Positions 29,864-40,258 of a stretch of 64,000 bases of DNA are shown piece by piece. The DNA is from Candidatus Poribacteria bacterium. Lineage in GTDB: Bacteria > Poribacteria > WGA-4E > PCPOR2b. The notes under the pieces were generated by a model, which saw only the letters and a list, made by a program, of their open reading frames with translations, did not search any database and was not told where the DNA came from. The stretch is taken from the NCBI GenBank assembly GCA_022826645.1, contig JAJDUM010000027.1, positions 12,033 through 76,032 of the forward strand, read 5' to 3'. The stretch's first letter is position 1; each line of letters starts with the position of its first letter. The position numbers were made by a program, and so were the translations under genes.

Positions 29864-30253
29864 ATGGAAGATTATGGTACCGTAAAATTGAGCCGTCGCG
29901 AGCGGCAGATTATGGACATCATTTATCAACAGGGCCAGGTGTCGGCAGCCGATGTACTGGCAAATCTCCCAGATGCGCCCAGCTATTCGACAGTACGGGC
30001 ATTGTTGCGGATTTTGGAGGAGAAGGGGCATCTCACCCACCAAAAAGATGGACCTCGCTACATCTATCGTCCGACACAGCCGCGCCATGAGGCGGGACAG
30101 TCTGCGCTCAAACAGATTGTTCAGACCTTCTTTGATAAATCGATCGAAAAAACGGTTGCAGCGTTAGTGGCTGATGAGGAAGTTTCAGACGAGGAACTTA
30201 ACCGTTTAAGCCAACTCATTGAGCAAGCGAAAAAAGGAGGACCTCCATCATGA
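29864..30253 (+). CDS. BlaI/MecI/CopY family transcriptional repressor
   Basis: 'LSRRERQIMDIIYQQGQVSAADV...STVRALLRILEEKG' is a winged helix, with a C-terminal dimerisation helix. Confidence 0.88.
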   Translation: MEDYGTVKLSRRERQIMDIIYQQGQVSAADVLANLPDAPSYSTVRALLRILEEKGHLTHQKDGPRYIYRPTQPRHEAGQSALKQIVQTFFDKSIEKTVAALVADEEVSDEELNRLSQLIEQAKKGGPPS

Positions 30254-33081
30254 TCCCTTTGATTGAAACCCTCGAAATAAACGCATGGCTGAAATTCTTG
30301 ATTGACGCAACGATGAAAAGTTTCGTGATTCTCGCCGTTGCAGGGCTATTCGGGTTCATTCTGCGTCGTCGCTCGGCGGCGGTGCGCGGTTGGGTTTGGA
30401 GTTTGGCGATAGTGGGCTGCCTGACTATACCGTTATTTTCGCTGATACTTCCGCAGTGGGAAGTTGGCGTTCTACCGTCAACGTCGGAGAGATTTGAGGG
30501 GGACCGCCGGGTAGATAGCAGGCAGTCAGCCAGATTACCTGTTCCAGTTGTATCGCATCCGTTAGCATCCACTACTGCGTCATCAACCCAAACCACACCA
30601 ACACAGATTCCACCAGCAGCCGTAACTAATGAGAGTGGTGCTCCTCAATCCACTATGTTAGGAACAGGTGTCCCTTCGCTTCATTGGACCGATTGGTTAG
30701 CGGTGTGCTGGGTAGCAGGTGCACTACTTTTTATCGCTCGATTGTGTGTGGGAATCGGTGCTGTCTGGCACCTCTCTGCCCGTAGCGATGATTTCAACGT
30801 TTCAGTTCCGTATGTGCCTTCTGGTTGGAAGCGGTCAGTCAGTGTCCGTCAGGGCAACGCGGTCACAGTACCGATGGTGTGGGGGTTGTTTCATCCGGTG
30901 ATTTTATTGCCTGCTGATGCGGAGGAGTGGAGTCATGAACAGCAACGCGCTGTATTGCTTCACGAATCAGCACATATTCAACGGCAGGATTGGTTGATGC
31001 AAACATTGGCACAGATAACGTGTGCGGTGTACTGGTTTAACCCACTCGTTTGGTTTGCCGCGCGTCGGCTGCGGACGGAGGTGGAGCGTGCATGTGACGA
31101 CCATGTGCTTAACGCGGGGTATCAATCAACGGACTACGCCCAACATCTACTCGATATTGTAAGGAATATCAAAGCAGGGCGCTCCATTTCGCGGGCGGCT
31201 GTGGCGATGGCACGTCCCTCTAAAATTGAAGGGAGGCTCCGAGCAATTCTGGCAAAAAACCAGAATCGGCGGTCCGTGACGAAGGTCGCATTAGTGCTGA
31301 TCCTATTCGGCTGCATCTGTTTTGTCGTCTTGATAGGAATGATGCAGTTAACAGAAACGAGGAACCCAACTGATGACCCGGCATTACTGGACGAAGCGTA
31401 CGAACACAAAGAACAGATTTACGGCATAATAGACGACGGACCGAGATGGAGAGTATACGATCTGCTTCGTGCCGAACTTGTTCTAGGGAAACCTGCGCCT
31501 GACTTTTCGAGCATCAGCCTAGACGGCGTCCCGATATCGCTGAATGATTTGCGAGGCAAAGTGGTCGTACTCCACTATTGGTCAATACAATACGACGAGA
31601 CGGATATAGCGAAAGTCAAACGACTATACAGCAGGCACGGTGACGATTCCAATTTCGTCTTAATCTCTATCTGTGTACAGAGTAGGGCAGCTGAAGGGGA
31701 AGCGGAAGTAAAACAGTTGGTCGAGACACACGCGATGCCGGGGGTCCATCTGCTCTTTGAATCCAAGATGGTGCCGTACCCGTTCGCTGTGCAGGGTTGG
31801 CCCTATTATGTGGTCATCGATAAGGCGGGAATCGTCCGCGAGAGTGATCGTGGCTACGCACTAAGAGGGCATGCGCTGAGAGATTTGGAGGTGGAACAGT
31901 TGGTCACAGCACTGCTGGCAGAGGATATAGACACCTCTGGCGAGCGTATTATCCCTCGAATCAGTCAAATCCGTTCTGAGTTCTACATATCTCAAGACCA
32001 GAAGGAAAAAGCACTCGCTGAATATGAAAAGCTCCTCGATTTCCTCTATCAAGAACCAGAGCAAACGGGTGAGGCGGCGGCATTAATGGATCGGGCATAT
32101 GACCGGATGGTTGAAGCCAGGAATTTGTCAGGTTCGGGTCTCGATTTCCGCCGTTATAGACCCAGTTCAAGGCAATTGTCCTCTCAATACAAAGAAGAAT
32201 TGAGACAAATCTTCTCCCAGCAATTTGACAGAGAAAAGACACTCGGGGTGTACGAACAAACAGGTAAGGTACAAATACAACGAAGACTATCCTTAGAACA
32301 GTTAGCGCAGCAACCTTTGACTGTTGATCAACAACGCCTTTTAACCCAGCTCCTCAAAAACGACGAGGACTTAGCACAAGTCTTGTCGAGTGAACCGTAT
32401 TTAGCCTATCTGAAGGCTCAGGCTCGACATGGACAGGTGTATAAAGATTTTTCTGCTTATGTCGCCGCCGTGCCGACACCGAAGCAGAAAACCGCTATCC
32501 GTTCCGCACTTAAATTGGTGCTATCCCCAATAACAGATTTGTCCGCGCTACCCCCAGCGACAAAGGCAGAGCAACTAGAGATATGTGTCGATTCATATTT
32601 CCGTGCACGCGAGTGGTTACTCACCAAGGCTGACACACCACCCATAATAGATGGCATGGAAGAGTTTCATAATATTCAGAAGTATACCAGATTCTTCAGT
32701 ACATACTTTGAGTCCTCAATGGGAGAGATGTATAGGGATACACTACTCAGCATTGATAATAGCTGGACGGATTCGTATATCCTCGGTTTGTATCGGAATG
32801 AGTCGCAACTGTACGCAATCGGTGAGGCTGTGTATTTTATGGCAAACATCGACGCGGCAGTGTATCAGGATGGGTTCCGCGAGCGTTTGGAAAAGTTTGG
32901 CTCGCGAGAGGGTTTACTCCGGTGCGCGATTGGGTTCCCTGACGAATTTGCGTTTATGCGTTCGCTTTTTGAGGATACCGATGCACTCGAAAAATGGATT
33001 TTAGAACCCCCATCTCTCTCTCAAGAAAAAGGGATTTTACTCCGACCAGTTCCTCTTGAGAGGGGAATCGAAATAGAGTAA
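30250..33081 (+). CDS. BlaR1/MecR1-like M56 peptidase signal transducer fused to a thioredoxin-like (TlpA/redoxin) domain and a long helical C-terminal extension
   Basis: A 4-nt overlap with blaI. TM helices, 'LLHESAHIQRQD' (the HExxH M56 motif) and 'LRGKVVVLHYWS' (thioredoxin-fold beta1). Confidence 0.82.
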   Translation: MIPLIETLEINAWLKFLIDATMKSFVILAVAGLFGFILRRRSAAVRGWVWSLAIVGCLTIPLFSLILPQWEVGVLPSTSERFEGDRRVDSRQSARLPVPVVSHPLASTTASSTQTTPTQIPPAAVTNESGAPQSTMLGTGVPSLHWTDWLAVCWVAGALLFIARLCVGIGAVWHLSARSDDFNVSVPYVPSGWKRSVSVRQGNAVTVPMVWGLFHPVILLPADAEEWSHEQQRAVLLHESAHIQRQDWLMQTLAQITCAVYWFNPLVWFAARRLRTEVERACDDHVLNAGYQSTDYAQHLLDIVRNIKAGRSISRAAVAMARPSKIEGRLRAILAKNQNRRSVTKVALVLILFGCICFVVLIGMMQLTETRNPTDDPALLDEAYEHKEQIYGIIDDGPRWRVYDLLRAELVLGKPAPDFSSISLDGVPISLNDLRGKVVVLHYWSIQYDETDIAKVKRLYSRHGDDSNFVLISICVQSRAAEGEAEVKQLVETHAMPGVHLLFESKMVPYPFAVQGWPYYVVIDKAGIVRESDRGYALRGHALRDLEVEQLVTALLAEDIDTSGERIIPRISQIRSEFYISQDQKEKALAEYEKLLDFLYQEPEQTGEAAALMDRAYDRMVEARNLSGSGLDFRRYRPSSRQLSSQYKEELRQIFSQQFDREKTLGVYEQTGKVQIQRRLSLEQLAQQPLTVDQQRLLTQLLKNDEDLAQVLSSEPYLAYLKAQARHGQVYKDFSAYVAAVPTPKQKTAIRSALKLVLSPITDLSALPPATKAEQLEICVDSYFRAREWLLTKADTPPIIDGMEEFHNIQKYTRFFSTYFESSMGEMYRDTLLSIDNSWTDSYILGLYRNESQLYAIGEAVYFMANIDAAVYQDGFRERLEKFGSREGLLRCAIGFPDEFAFMRSLFEDTDALEKWILEPPSLSQEKGILLRPVPLERGIEIE

Positions 33082-33167
33082 TAAAATCCACCAATCAAGA
33101 TTTTACCAACCCCCGCACTTCCTCCCTGTATTTCCAATCTCAATTCTCGTATAATTTTAAAAAAAGT

Positions 33168-33196
33168 ATTACGATTTTTGACTTTTCGAGAGGCGT
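33168..33196 (+). promoter_or_regulatory. candidate promoter TTGACT-N17-TATACT for the giant surface protein gene
   Basis: The hexamers are read directly. An AAGGAG RBS precedes the ATG at 33279. Confidence 0.45.
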
Positions 33197-33278
33197 GATA
33201 TATACTCTTACCGCTTGCTTTTCCTTAGAGTGTATTCAAACAGATCGTGTCTCACAGTTGTAAGGAGATCTGACGCCT

Positions 33279-36200
33279 ATGATAAAGTATCTGATACTCG
33301 GCGGAAGTGCCCTGCTTCTCGGATTCCTATTCTTTCCGCGTGGAGAGGAGGCGGTCGTTGACGGTCAAGATTTTATCGCCCCTGTTCGTACCGTCGAAGA
33401 TGAACCCCTCCACTACACCGGTATTCTGCGTACAGATCCCATCGTCACAACATACGATTTAGGATATGTGTATAGGATTGATAAAGCGGAAATTCGCTTT
33501 GAGAATCCCGATGAGGCGGGACCTCGGCAGTATGATATCCTTGTTCACACGGATCGTGTAGGGCAGCGATTTGAGCGTGCTTTCTCTTATACAGGCAGTT
33601 CCCGCGAATATACATACCCACGCCAAGCATTTCCCCTTCCAATTGAAGCGCGATGGATCCAAGTCGTCATTAATGACTGGTTCAGCAGCAAGCCACAACT
33701 TGAAGAAGGTACGTTCCGCGTTGGTCTCCGCTATCAATCCCACAGTCCGATCATGGCTCTTGACGCAAACTACAACGATGCCGGACTCGAACGACTTACA
33801 GATTTGCTTCGCTCTGAGAACTCTAAATGGATTGCGGCAGCACGGATAGAGAAAGAGGTAAACCAGGGAGATGGGAAAAAAGCGATAGAAATCTCCTATG
33901 AGGCACCGGCAAGCGCGATTCAGGTGATCGGCGATCTCGGATCGAATCAGAAAATCTACGGCGTGCGTCTGACAACGGATGGTCCCGGAAACAATCTCAA
34001 ACGGTATCGCTTCTCCGTCAGCAATGATGGACAGGAATACACGGAAGTATATGTCTCCCACACGCTCGTTGATGAAGTGGTTACCCATGTCCGTCAATTC
34101 AAACCGCCAATATCGGGACGTTATATCCGCTTGCAGATTGAACATGGGGATTGGTACGGTGATTATCCTGAGATTCGTGAGCTTGAAATTTTCACGGACA
34201 CCTATCGGCTGCTGCCTCCCAGCGATAACAGATTAGATGAATACAACGCAGTGCAGATGCACTACGAAAATCTCGGTGAGGGAGGAAATGCACTGGCACC
34301 ACATCTGGCGCAAGGCTTTGCATTTGATAGAGACACGGGAGATGAAGATCGTTACTGGTTACTGGAAGGTGGCACACCGGATGGGGTAGATGTGGGAAAC
34401 ACACCGAGCGAGCGGAGCTTCGCTTACCACTACGATACGGTTAGCATGAGATTTACCGATCTGCAGCCATCGCTGTTATACTGGATGAAAGTGACCTATC
34501 TTCAGAATAGGAGCGGTACCCGGATCCAGAATCTTGACGTTGATGGATTTCTACTGCACGATGCAATCGCAATTCCGACAAGCAGGGCAGAGTACCACAC
34601 CTTCGCACTTCCAAGTCAGGCGTATGCCGACGGTGAGATCGTGCTCAATTTTAACCGTTTGGCAGGTCCAAATGCAGCGGTTTCGGAAGTCTCTATCTTC
34701 GAAGCGAATCCCACCACTGGAGTGGTCAACGGATCCGCTGAATCAGAGAAACTGAATGACCAAAGGGTTGGGCGAGCGATTCGCGTGAGCAAGCAGATTG
34801 TAATTGACGGGACACCAGATGAGTGGCCACTGCTCTACCCAATGCTTCCTCAACACTACGATCGTCCTGTCGATTCACCTGTGGCACTCTACGCACAGTG
34901 GGATGACGAGAACTTCTATATTGCGGGTATTATCAACCGGCACGCTGAACCGCGTCCGACTTCTCGAAAATCCAGCGGCAACGAGGAGCTGCATCTGTTT
35001 GTAGATACGGCACTGACCCGTTCCCCGGGAATGTACACTCCAACTGAACATCACTTCGTCTTTACAATCCACAATCCAGATCGTCCTCAACCTCGCGTAC
35101 AGCCCTCGCAGATACACCATCACCTTGATGCAATCCCGAAAAACATCGACTTTCACGAGTCGATCGAAGTGCGCGCTACAAAAACAGAGATTGGATACAG
35201 CCTTGAAGCCAGAATCCCTAAAGATCAGGCATTAAATGCGTTTCGACCAGCAATCGACAGCTCTATCGGTTTGAATTACATCATGACTCACCTTAAATTG
35301 ATGAATGATCAGTCTGGACGATTTGCTTACGCTTCGGACGAATTCACCGCCCCGCCAAGCCGCTGGAACGAGGTCGAACTTGTAAGCCGGATCAGCGGAC
35401 AGCCTGTGTTAATGGATGAATTTGCAACCCAGTCGATTTCGTCCTTTAACGCTGGCGACACACTGACCCTCTGCGTGTGGGACACTGATCGAAATACAGA
35501 TCGCTACCGAGTCGAATCCATACAAGTGGAATTACGAAATGATACGACCGGACAACTGCTACCAGTTCTCCTTCATGAGTCCGACTTTGCTGCGCTCGCT
35601 GACGCGAATCCGACAAACGATTTCAGCCAAAACAGTTCCGTATTTGCTGCGAAGGTTTCCACCGCATTTGGCGGAACCGCAGAAAATAGTACTGAACCAG
35701 ATAGCTCAGGGGTGGCAGATCTGCAAACACTTTTCGTTCGTGGTGAGGAGACAGTGTCCCTAATATACATCGATCCGTACTATAGTAACACCGCACGAAA
35801 CCGCGCTGTGGATATCAGTGCACGGGTCAATACTGGAATGACCGGAACAATTGCAATCACGACAGAATCTGGGATACTAATCGAGTCCTTCCGACTTGGT
35901 GAACCCCTGTACATACAGGTTAAGGATACGGATTTACTTAGACCAGTGAATGAGCTTGTGCGTGAAAACGAATCTACAGATCAAGAGGTTGATGCGCCAC
36001 TACCTCGCAACATGCAGATAACTGTCAAGTGTATTGTACCAGAAATGCAAGAGGTTGAACCTGTGAAACTCACCTATCAGCCGGAACAGGAATACTATGT
36101 TGGATCGGTTTCTACAGGTTACAGTGAAGCTCCAACGCCAGATAACGGTCGTTTGGAGGCGTTGGGCGCGCAGAGAGTGGTAGCGATTTATTTGGAGGAG

Positions 36201-39200
36201 ATTCAAACCACCGGCAAAACAGACGTTCCGGTCAGCGCACAAGTAAGCGCTGCCGTCGGTGACACCGGACGGATCGAGTTAATCGGGATAGATCGGGACT
36301 TGTCTTCAAACGATCAGAAATTTATCAAGGCAGGCAGTACACTCACTGTAGTATTACGGGATGCAGATTTGAACCGTGACGAAGATCAGCGGGAAACAGT
36401 TGATGTGCTGGTATACGGTAACCGGCTTAACGACCGGTACCAATTCACTCTGAAAGAGGCGCACGATGTCTCGGGTCAATTCACCGGGACATTTGGGACT
36501 CGTTATGCGAGCGAGGCAAACTCCGCCAACAGCGTACTTGAGGTCACAGGTAACGAAGTAGTAACAATCAGCTATATTGATGCCCTATCCGGTTCAGGTA
36601 ATACCCAGGTTACGGTCACAGATACGGCACAGGTCAGTGCCGGTAAAAATGGGGCACTCGACATCCTCAAAGCGAATTACGTTACCGATTTGGAGAACTT
36701 TAAAGCAGGTGACAGACTCTATTTTCGTCTTCATGACACGGATATTACTGATGAATTTATTGAAATCACGCTCACTGGGGACACGTTGAAAGATCAAGAA
36801 ACGGTGCAGCTGTTCCAATCGATGGAGGAAGATACCCGCATCTACCCCGTCGAGGGGACATTCTTCGGATTAATCCAAACCGCGTATGGCACCCAGCATC
36901 AAGAGAACGATGGCATCTTACAGGTAAAAGGCGCGGAACAGGTAAAAGCCATTTACATGGATGAACTGCAATCCACAGGCGAAACTAACGTCGCATTTTA
37001 TGATACCTGTGAGGCGAACGTTGGGATCACGGGAAAGCTTAAAGTTTATAACAAGGCAAATTTCGATTATGCCTTGGCTCAGAACTTTGAGGCATCGAGT
37101 TTTCGAGCCGGTGACACCTTGATTTTGGAAGTTCAAGATGCCGATCTCGACACCACGACTGTAACTGTAGAACTGCTTGAATCCGATTTTACGGAGGGCA
37201 CAGTTCGGGATAGAACCGGTGTGATTTTGGCTAAAACGGAAGACAGTGTAGATATCTTCCGTGGTGAGATTAGAACTGCCTACGGCAATGCCCCTATTCC
37301 AAACGACGATATTTTGCAGGTCCAAGGCGAAGGCGTTGTTACATGCAGCTATATTGATGTGCTACAAAATACGGGGGCAACGTCAGTACCTATTCAGAAG
37401 AGCCTTTCAATAGAAACGGGGGATAAAGGTGAGCTGGAAATCTATAGCGCAGACAGTGGTGTGATTATCAGTGGATCTGCTGTGGGTACTGGGAGTTTCA
37501 GCGTAGGTGAAAGACTAAGGATACGGTTAGCAGATAAGGACATGAACCTCTTCCCAAAGGTATCTGACAGCGCAATAGTGTCGGTCTGGGGCAATGTCGT
37601 CGCTGACACAGTTCAGGTCATTTTGCGCGAAACATCAACTAACACCGCGGTTTTTGAAGGCGACCTGCTGACTCAAAAAGGGGAACCGATAATCGCCGAA
37701 GGCACTGCACCAGCCACCACAGATAAGGCTCTGGAGATTACGGATAAAGAGGTTATTACCGCCGAATATATTGACGAAATTACCACTACCGGCGAAACGG
37801 ACGTGCGGACTCAGCTCCAAGCGGTTGTATTGGGCAGCAGTGCAGGTATGTTACGCATCGTTGATGCCCATGTCGTAGATCCACTGCTTAATCCGGCAGA
37901 AACAATTCCAAGTTTCACAGCTACGCCAACAGATTTCGCTTCCGTCCATGAATTAGGCAGCTTTAACGCTGGTGAAACCGTCTACTTCTGGCTCGAGGAT
38001 TTGCTGCTTAGCACAGTTGTCGAAGCCGACGAAGTCAAGATTACGGTTACCGGTGACAAAACAAAAGATGGGGTCGAAGTTATACTCCGTAGAAAGTTGG
38101 GAACTGAAGGGATTTTTACCGGCTCTGTTCCCACCCGCTACGGCACAACACCGGTTGCGGATGAAACTCTGGACGTGCAAGGCGACGAAGATATACGGGC
38201 GATCTATACACCGAATTTTTTGGGCGTGAACTACCCCGTCGTCGAAGATTCCGCTTACACCAATAAAGGCGTCCGGGGATATCTCACAGTCACCCGTGCA
38301 GACGGGACATCGGTTCGGCACTTTAACATAGGGCGTCCCCTTTACTTTCGCGTAGAGGACGCCGACCTGAATCTCGATTTCTTTAAGGTCGAATCGACCA
38401 CCCTCACGGTTGTGACAGAAGCGCAGGAACTGTCAATTATACTGCGTGAGGAAAACTCCAATTCGCATATTTTCCGTGGGCAGGTGCCCACGCAGTATGG
38501 GCGTATGATCAGTCAGAAATCGATCCCCTCTTTGAGGGAGAATGATCAATCCGCCCTACTTGGCCTGCTTGGCGGGGATATTGTCAGGGCAACCTATGAA
38601 GATGGACTGACCGATACTGGGGAAACAAATGTGGAAATAAGTGTGAGCTGTCGCGCAAACTCTATCGCTTGGGCACCCTTCACAGATCGCCCCGTACTGA
38701 TTGATGGACATGAGGATGGCTGGCCCCTTGAGAGAGCGCTCAAAACCTCTCAAGATGCAGGAATTCTCTGGTTACAGTGGGATCGGGACCATCTCTACCT
38801 TCTTGCTCAAATTTATGATGAAGATATCGTTGTGCCAGATGTGATCGAGTATTATCGAGGTGCAGACGCGCTAGAATTGCATATAGATCTGCAACCGGAC
38901 TCCGTCAAAAAGCCAAGCTATTTGCAGACGGAGAACAATCCAGATCGGCATGTCATCTGGATATGTCCAAAAGGCGGTGGTTTTCACGGAGATCGACCCT
39001 ATATCGGGCAAGGTGCGCCGGAATTTATCCCCAACTATCAGGCGGCTAATCTTGATGTTGCGGTGAGGCAGCAAGCGAATTATTACGTTATGGAAGCGCG
39101 CATCCCTTTCTTCCCTGTGCTTCGTGGATTTCATCCGTTGAAAACGAAACAGCAGAACCGCATCGGCTTCAACTTTGTTATCCACCGATCTAATAACCAG

Positions 39201-39290
39201 GCGATTTATTGGGCATCACAGATACCAGAGGCGGTCCCGGTATTTCCCAGTGATTTGGGATTGCTGATTTTGGAGTCACCGGTGCCTTAA
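33279..39290 (+). CDS. giant (2003 aa) membrane-anchored surface protein with N-terminal discoidin-like domains, CBM9/DOMON-like domains and ~9 tandem ~130-aa repeats
   Basis: An N-terminal TM helix. Repeats of the form 'VxAxxGxxGxLxI...FxAGDxLxxxLxDxDxN...VxGxExVxxxYxDxLxxTGxTxV'. CBM9-like 'DGxxDEWP...WDxxxLYxxAxIxD' segments near aa 500 and aa 1800. Confidence 0.8.
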   Translation: MIKYLILGGSALLLGFLFFPRGEEAVVDGQDFIAPVRTVEDEPLHYTGILRTDPIVTTYDLGYVYRIDKAEIRFENPDEAGPRQYDILVHTDRVGQRFERAFSYTGSSREYTYPRQAFPLPIEARWIQVVINDWFSSKPQLEEGTFRVGLRYQSHSPIMALDANYNDAGLERLTDLLRSENSKWIAAARIEKEVNQGDGKKAIEISYEAPASAIQVIGDLGSNQKIYGVRLTTDGPGNNLKRYRFSVSNDGQEYTEVYVSHTLVDEVVTHVRQFKPPISGRYIRLQIEHGDWYGDYPEIRELEIFTDTYRLLPPSDNRLDEYNAVQMHYENLGEGGNALAPHLAQGFAFDRDTGDEDRYWLLEGGTPDGVDVGNTPSERSFAYHYDTVSMRFTDLQPSLLYWMKVTYLQNRSGTRIQNLDVDGFLLHDAIAIPTSRAEYHTFALPSQAYADGEIVLNFNRLAGPNAAVSEVSIFEANPTTGVVNGSAESEKLNDQRVGRAIRVSKQIVIDGTPDEWPLLYPMLPQHYDRPVDSPVALYAQWDDENFYIAGIINRHAEPRPTSRKSSGNEELHLFVDTALTRSPGMYTPTEHHFVFTIHNPDRPQPRVQPSQIHHHLDAIPKNIDFHESIEVRATKTEIGYSLEARIPKDQALNAFRPAIDSSIGLNYIMTHLKLMNDQSGRFAYASDEFTAPPSRWNEVELVSRISGQPVLMDEFATQSISSFNAGDTLTLCVWDTDRNTDRYRVESIQVELRNDTTGQLLPVLLHESDFAALADANPTNDFSQNSSVFAAKVSTAFGGTAENSTEPDSSGVADLQTLFVRGEETVSLIYIDPYYSNTARNRAVDISARVNTGMTGTIAITTESGILIESFRLGEPLYIQVKDTDLLRPVNELVRENESTDQEVDAPLPRNMQITVKCIVPEMQEVEPVKLTYQPEQEYYVGSVSTGYSEAPTPDNGRLEALGAQRVVAIYLEEIQTTGKTDVPVSAQVSAAVGDTGRIELIGIDRDLSSNDQKFIKAGSTLTVVLRDADLNRDEDQRETVDVLVYGNRLNDRYQFTLKEAHDVSGQFTGTFGTRYASEANSANSVLEVTGNEVVTISYIDALSGSGNTQVTVTDTAQVSAGKNGALDILKANYVTDLENFKAGDRLYFRLHDTDITDEFIEITLTGDTLKDQETVQLFQSMEEDTRIYPVEGTFFGLIQTAYGTQHQENDGILQVKGAEQVKAIYMDELQSTGETNVAFYDTCEANVGITGKLKVYNKANFDYALAQNFEASSFRAGDTLILEVQDADLDTTTVTVELLESDFTEGTVRDRTGVILAKTEDSVDIFRGEIRTAYGNAPIPNDDILQVQGEGVVTCSYIDVLQNTGATSVPIQKSLSIETGDKGELEIYSADSGVIISGSAVGTGSFSVGERLRIRLADKDMNLFPKVSDSAIVSVWGNVVADTVQVILRETSTNTAVFEGDLLTQKGEPIIAEGTAPATTDKALEITDKEVITAEYIDEITTTGETDVRTQLQAVVLGSSAGMLRIVDAHVVDPLLNPAETIPSFTATPTDFASVHELGSFNAGETVYFWLEDLLLSTVVEADEVKITVTGDKTKDGVEVILRRKLGTEGIFTGSVPTRYGTTPVADETLDVQGDEDIRAIYTPNFLGVNYPVVEDSAYTNKGVRGYLTVTRADGTSVRHFNIGRPLYFRVEDADLNLDFFKVESTTLTVVTEAQELSIILREENSNSHIFRGQVPTQYGRMISQKSIPSLRENDQSALLGLLGGDIVRATYEDGLTDTGETNVEISVSCRANSIAWAPFTDRPVLIDGHEDGWPLERALKTSQDAGILWLQWDRDHLYLLAQIYDEDIVVPDVIEYYRGADALELHIDLQPDSVKKPSYLQTENNPDRHVIWICPKGGGFHGDRPYIGQGAPEFIPNYQAANLDVAVRQQANYYVMEARIPFFPVLRGFHPLKTKQQNRIGFNFVIHRSNNQAIYWASQIPEAVPVFPSDLGLLILESPVP

Positions 39291-39619
39291 ATTGTTTTTT
39301 GTTGACGTGGCCGATCCGAAGTGATATGATTGGAAATACTATACAGTGCAAATGTCGTGCGTATTGAAAACCACAGAATTTATGGGGATTCATTGGGCGT
39401 TGGGAACGATGACCTGTAGGCGGGGCATCTTGCCCCGCATCCTCCTACCGATGAATTGCCGAACTATCCCCTGATAAGGAGAGCAGGAGGTTGACTTTAA
39501 CCGTTCAACTGCGTAACTCCTATTATTTTTAGAATCCACTATAGCTATCGAGATAATTTATGGCGGTGTGGATGTGTGTTCATTTCAGTCAAAACACAAG
39601 CAGAATCTCATAAGGCATC

Positions 39620-40258
39620 ATGGAAACTACTAATGTTCCCGTCACAGGTGTTATACTTGCCGGTGGGCGAAGCCGCCGGATGGGGCAAAACAAAGCGTTG
39701 ATGCCTTTAGGAGATGAACCACTAATCGCACACGTCATCCGTCAAATGGAATCAGTTACGGACGAACTCCTTTTGATCACGAATGAACCCGAGTTATACA
39801 CTGCCCTGAAGTTGCCGATGTACAGAGACATACTACCGGACACGGGGGCATTGGGCGGTATCTACACAGGGCTGACGTACGCTGCAAACCGCACCGTGAT
39901 CTGCGTTGGCTGCGATATGCCGCTGTTACAGCCGAATCTCCTATCTCACCTGACCACCCTCCTTGACAATTATGATGCTGTAGTCCCGTGTGTTGAAGTG
40001 GAAGAGCGTTCTGCAAACGTGCTGCAAACCCTTGCCGCCATTTACACGAAACGGTGCTTGCCCATCATTGACCGTATGTTGGCTGGGGGCGAATTGCGCG
40101 TTCATGCGCTGTACGATCGTATTGATACACGTATCGTCCAACCACAGGAATGGCGGCGGTTTGACCCGCGGGGACTTTCGTTTTTCAATATCAATACACC
40201 TGAAGACTTTGAAATAGCTAACAGATATATCGGAGAAAATTATCATGTTAACAGTTGA
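39620..40258 (+). CDS. mobA: molybdenum cofactor guanylyltransferase
   Basis: 'GVILAGGRSRRMG' and 'DMPLL', MobA family. Confidence 0.9.
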   Translation: METTNVPVTGVILAGGRSRRMGQNKALMPLGDEPLIAHVIRQMESVTDELLLITNEPELYTALKLPMYRDILPDTGALGGIYTGLTYAANRTVICVGCDMPLLQPNLLSHLTTLLDNYDAVVPCVEVEERSANVLQTLAAIYTKRCLPIIDRMLAGGELRVHALYDRIDTRIVQPQEWRRFDPRGLSFFNINTPEDFEIANRYIGENYHVNS

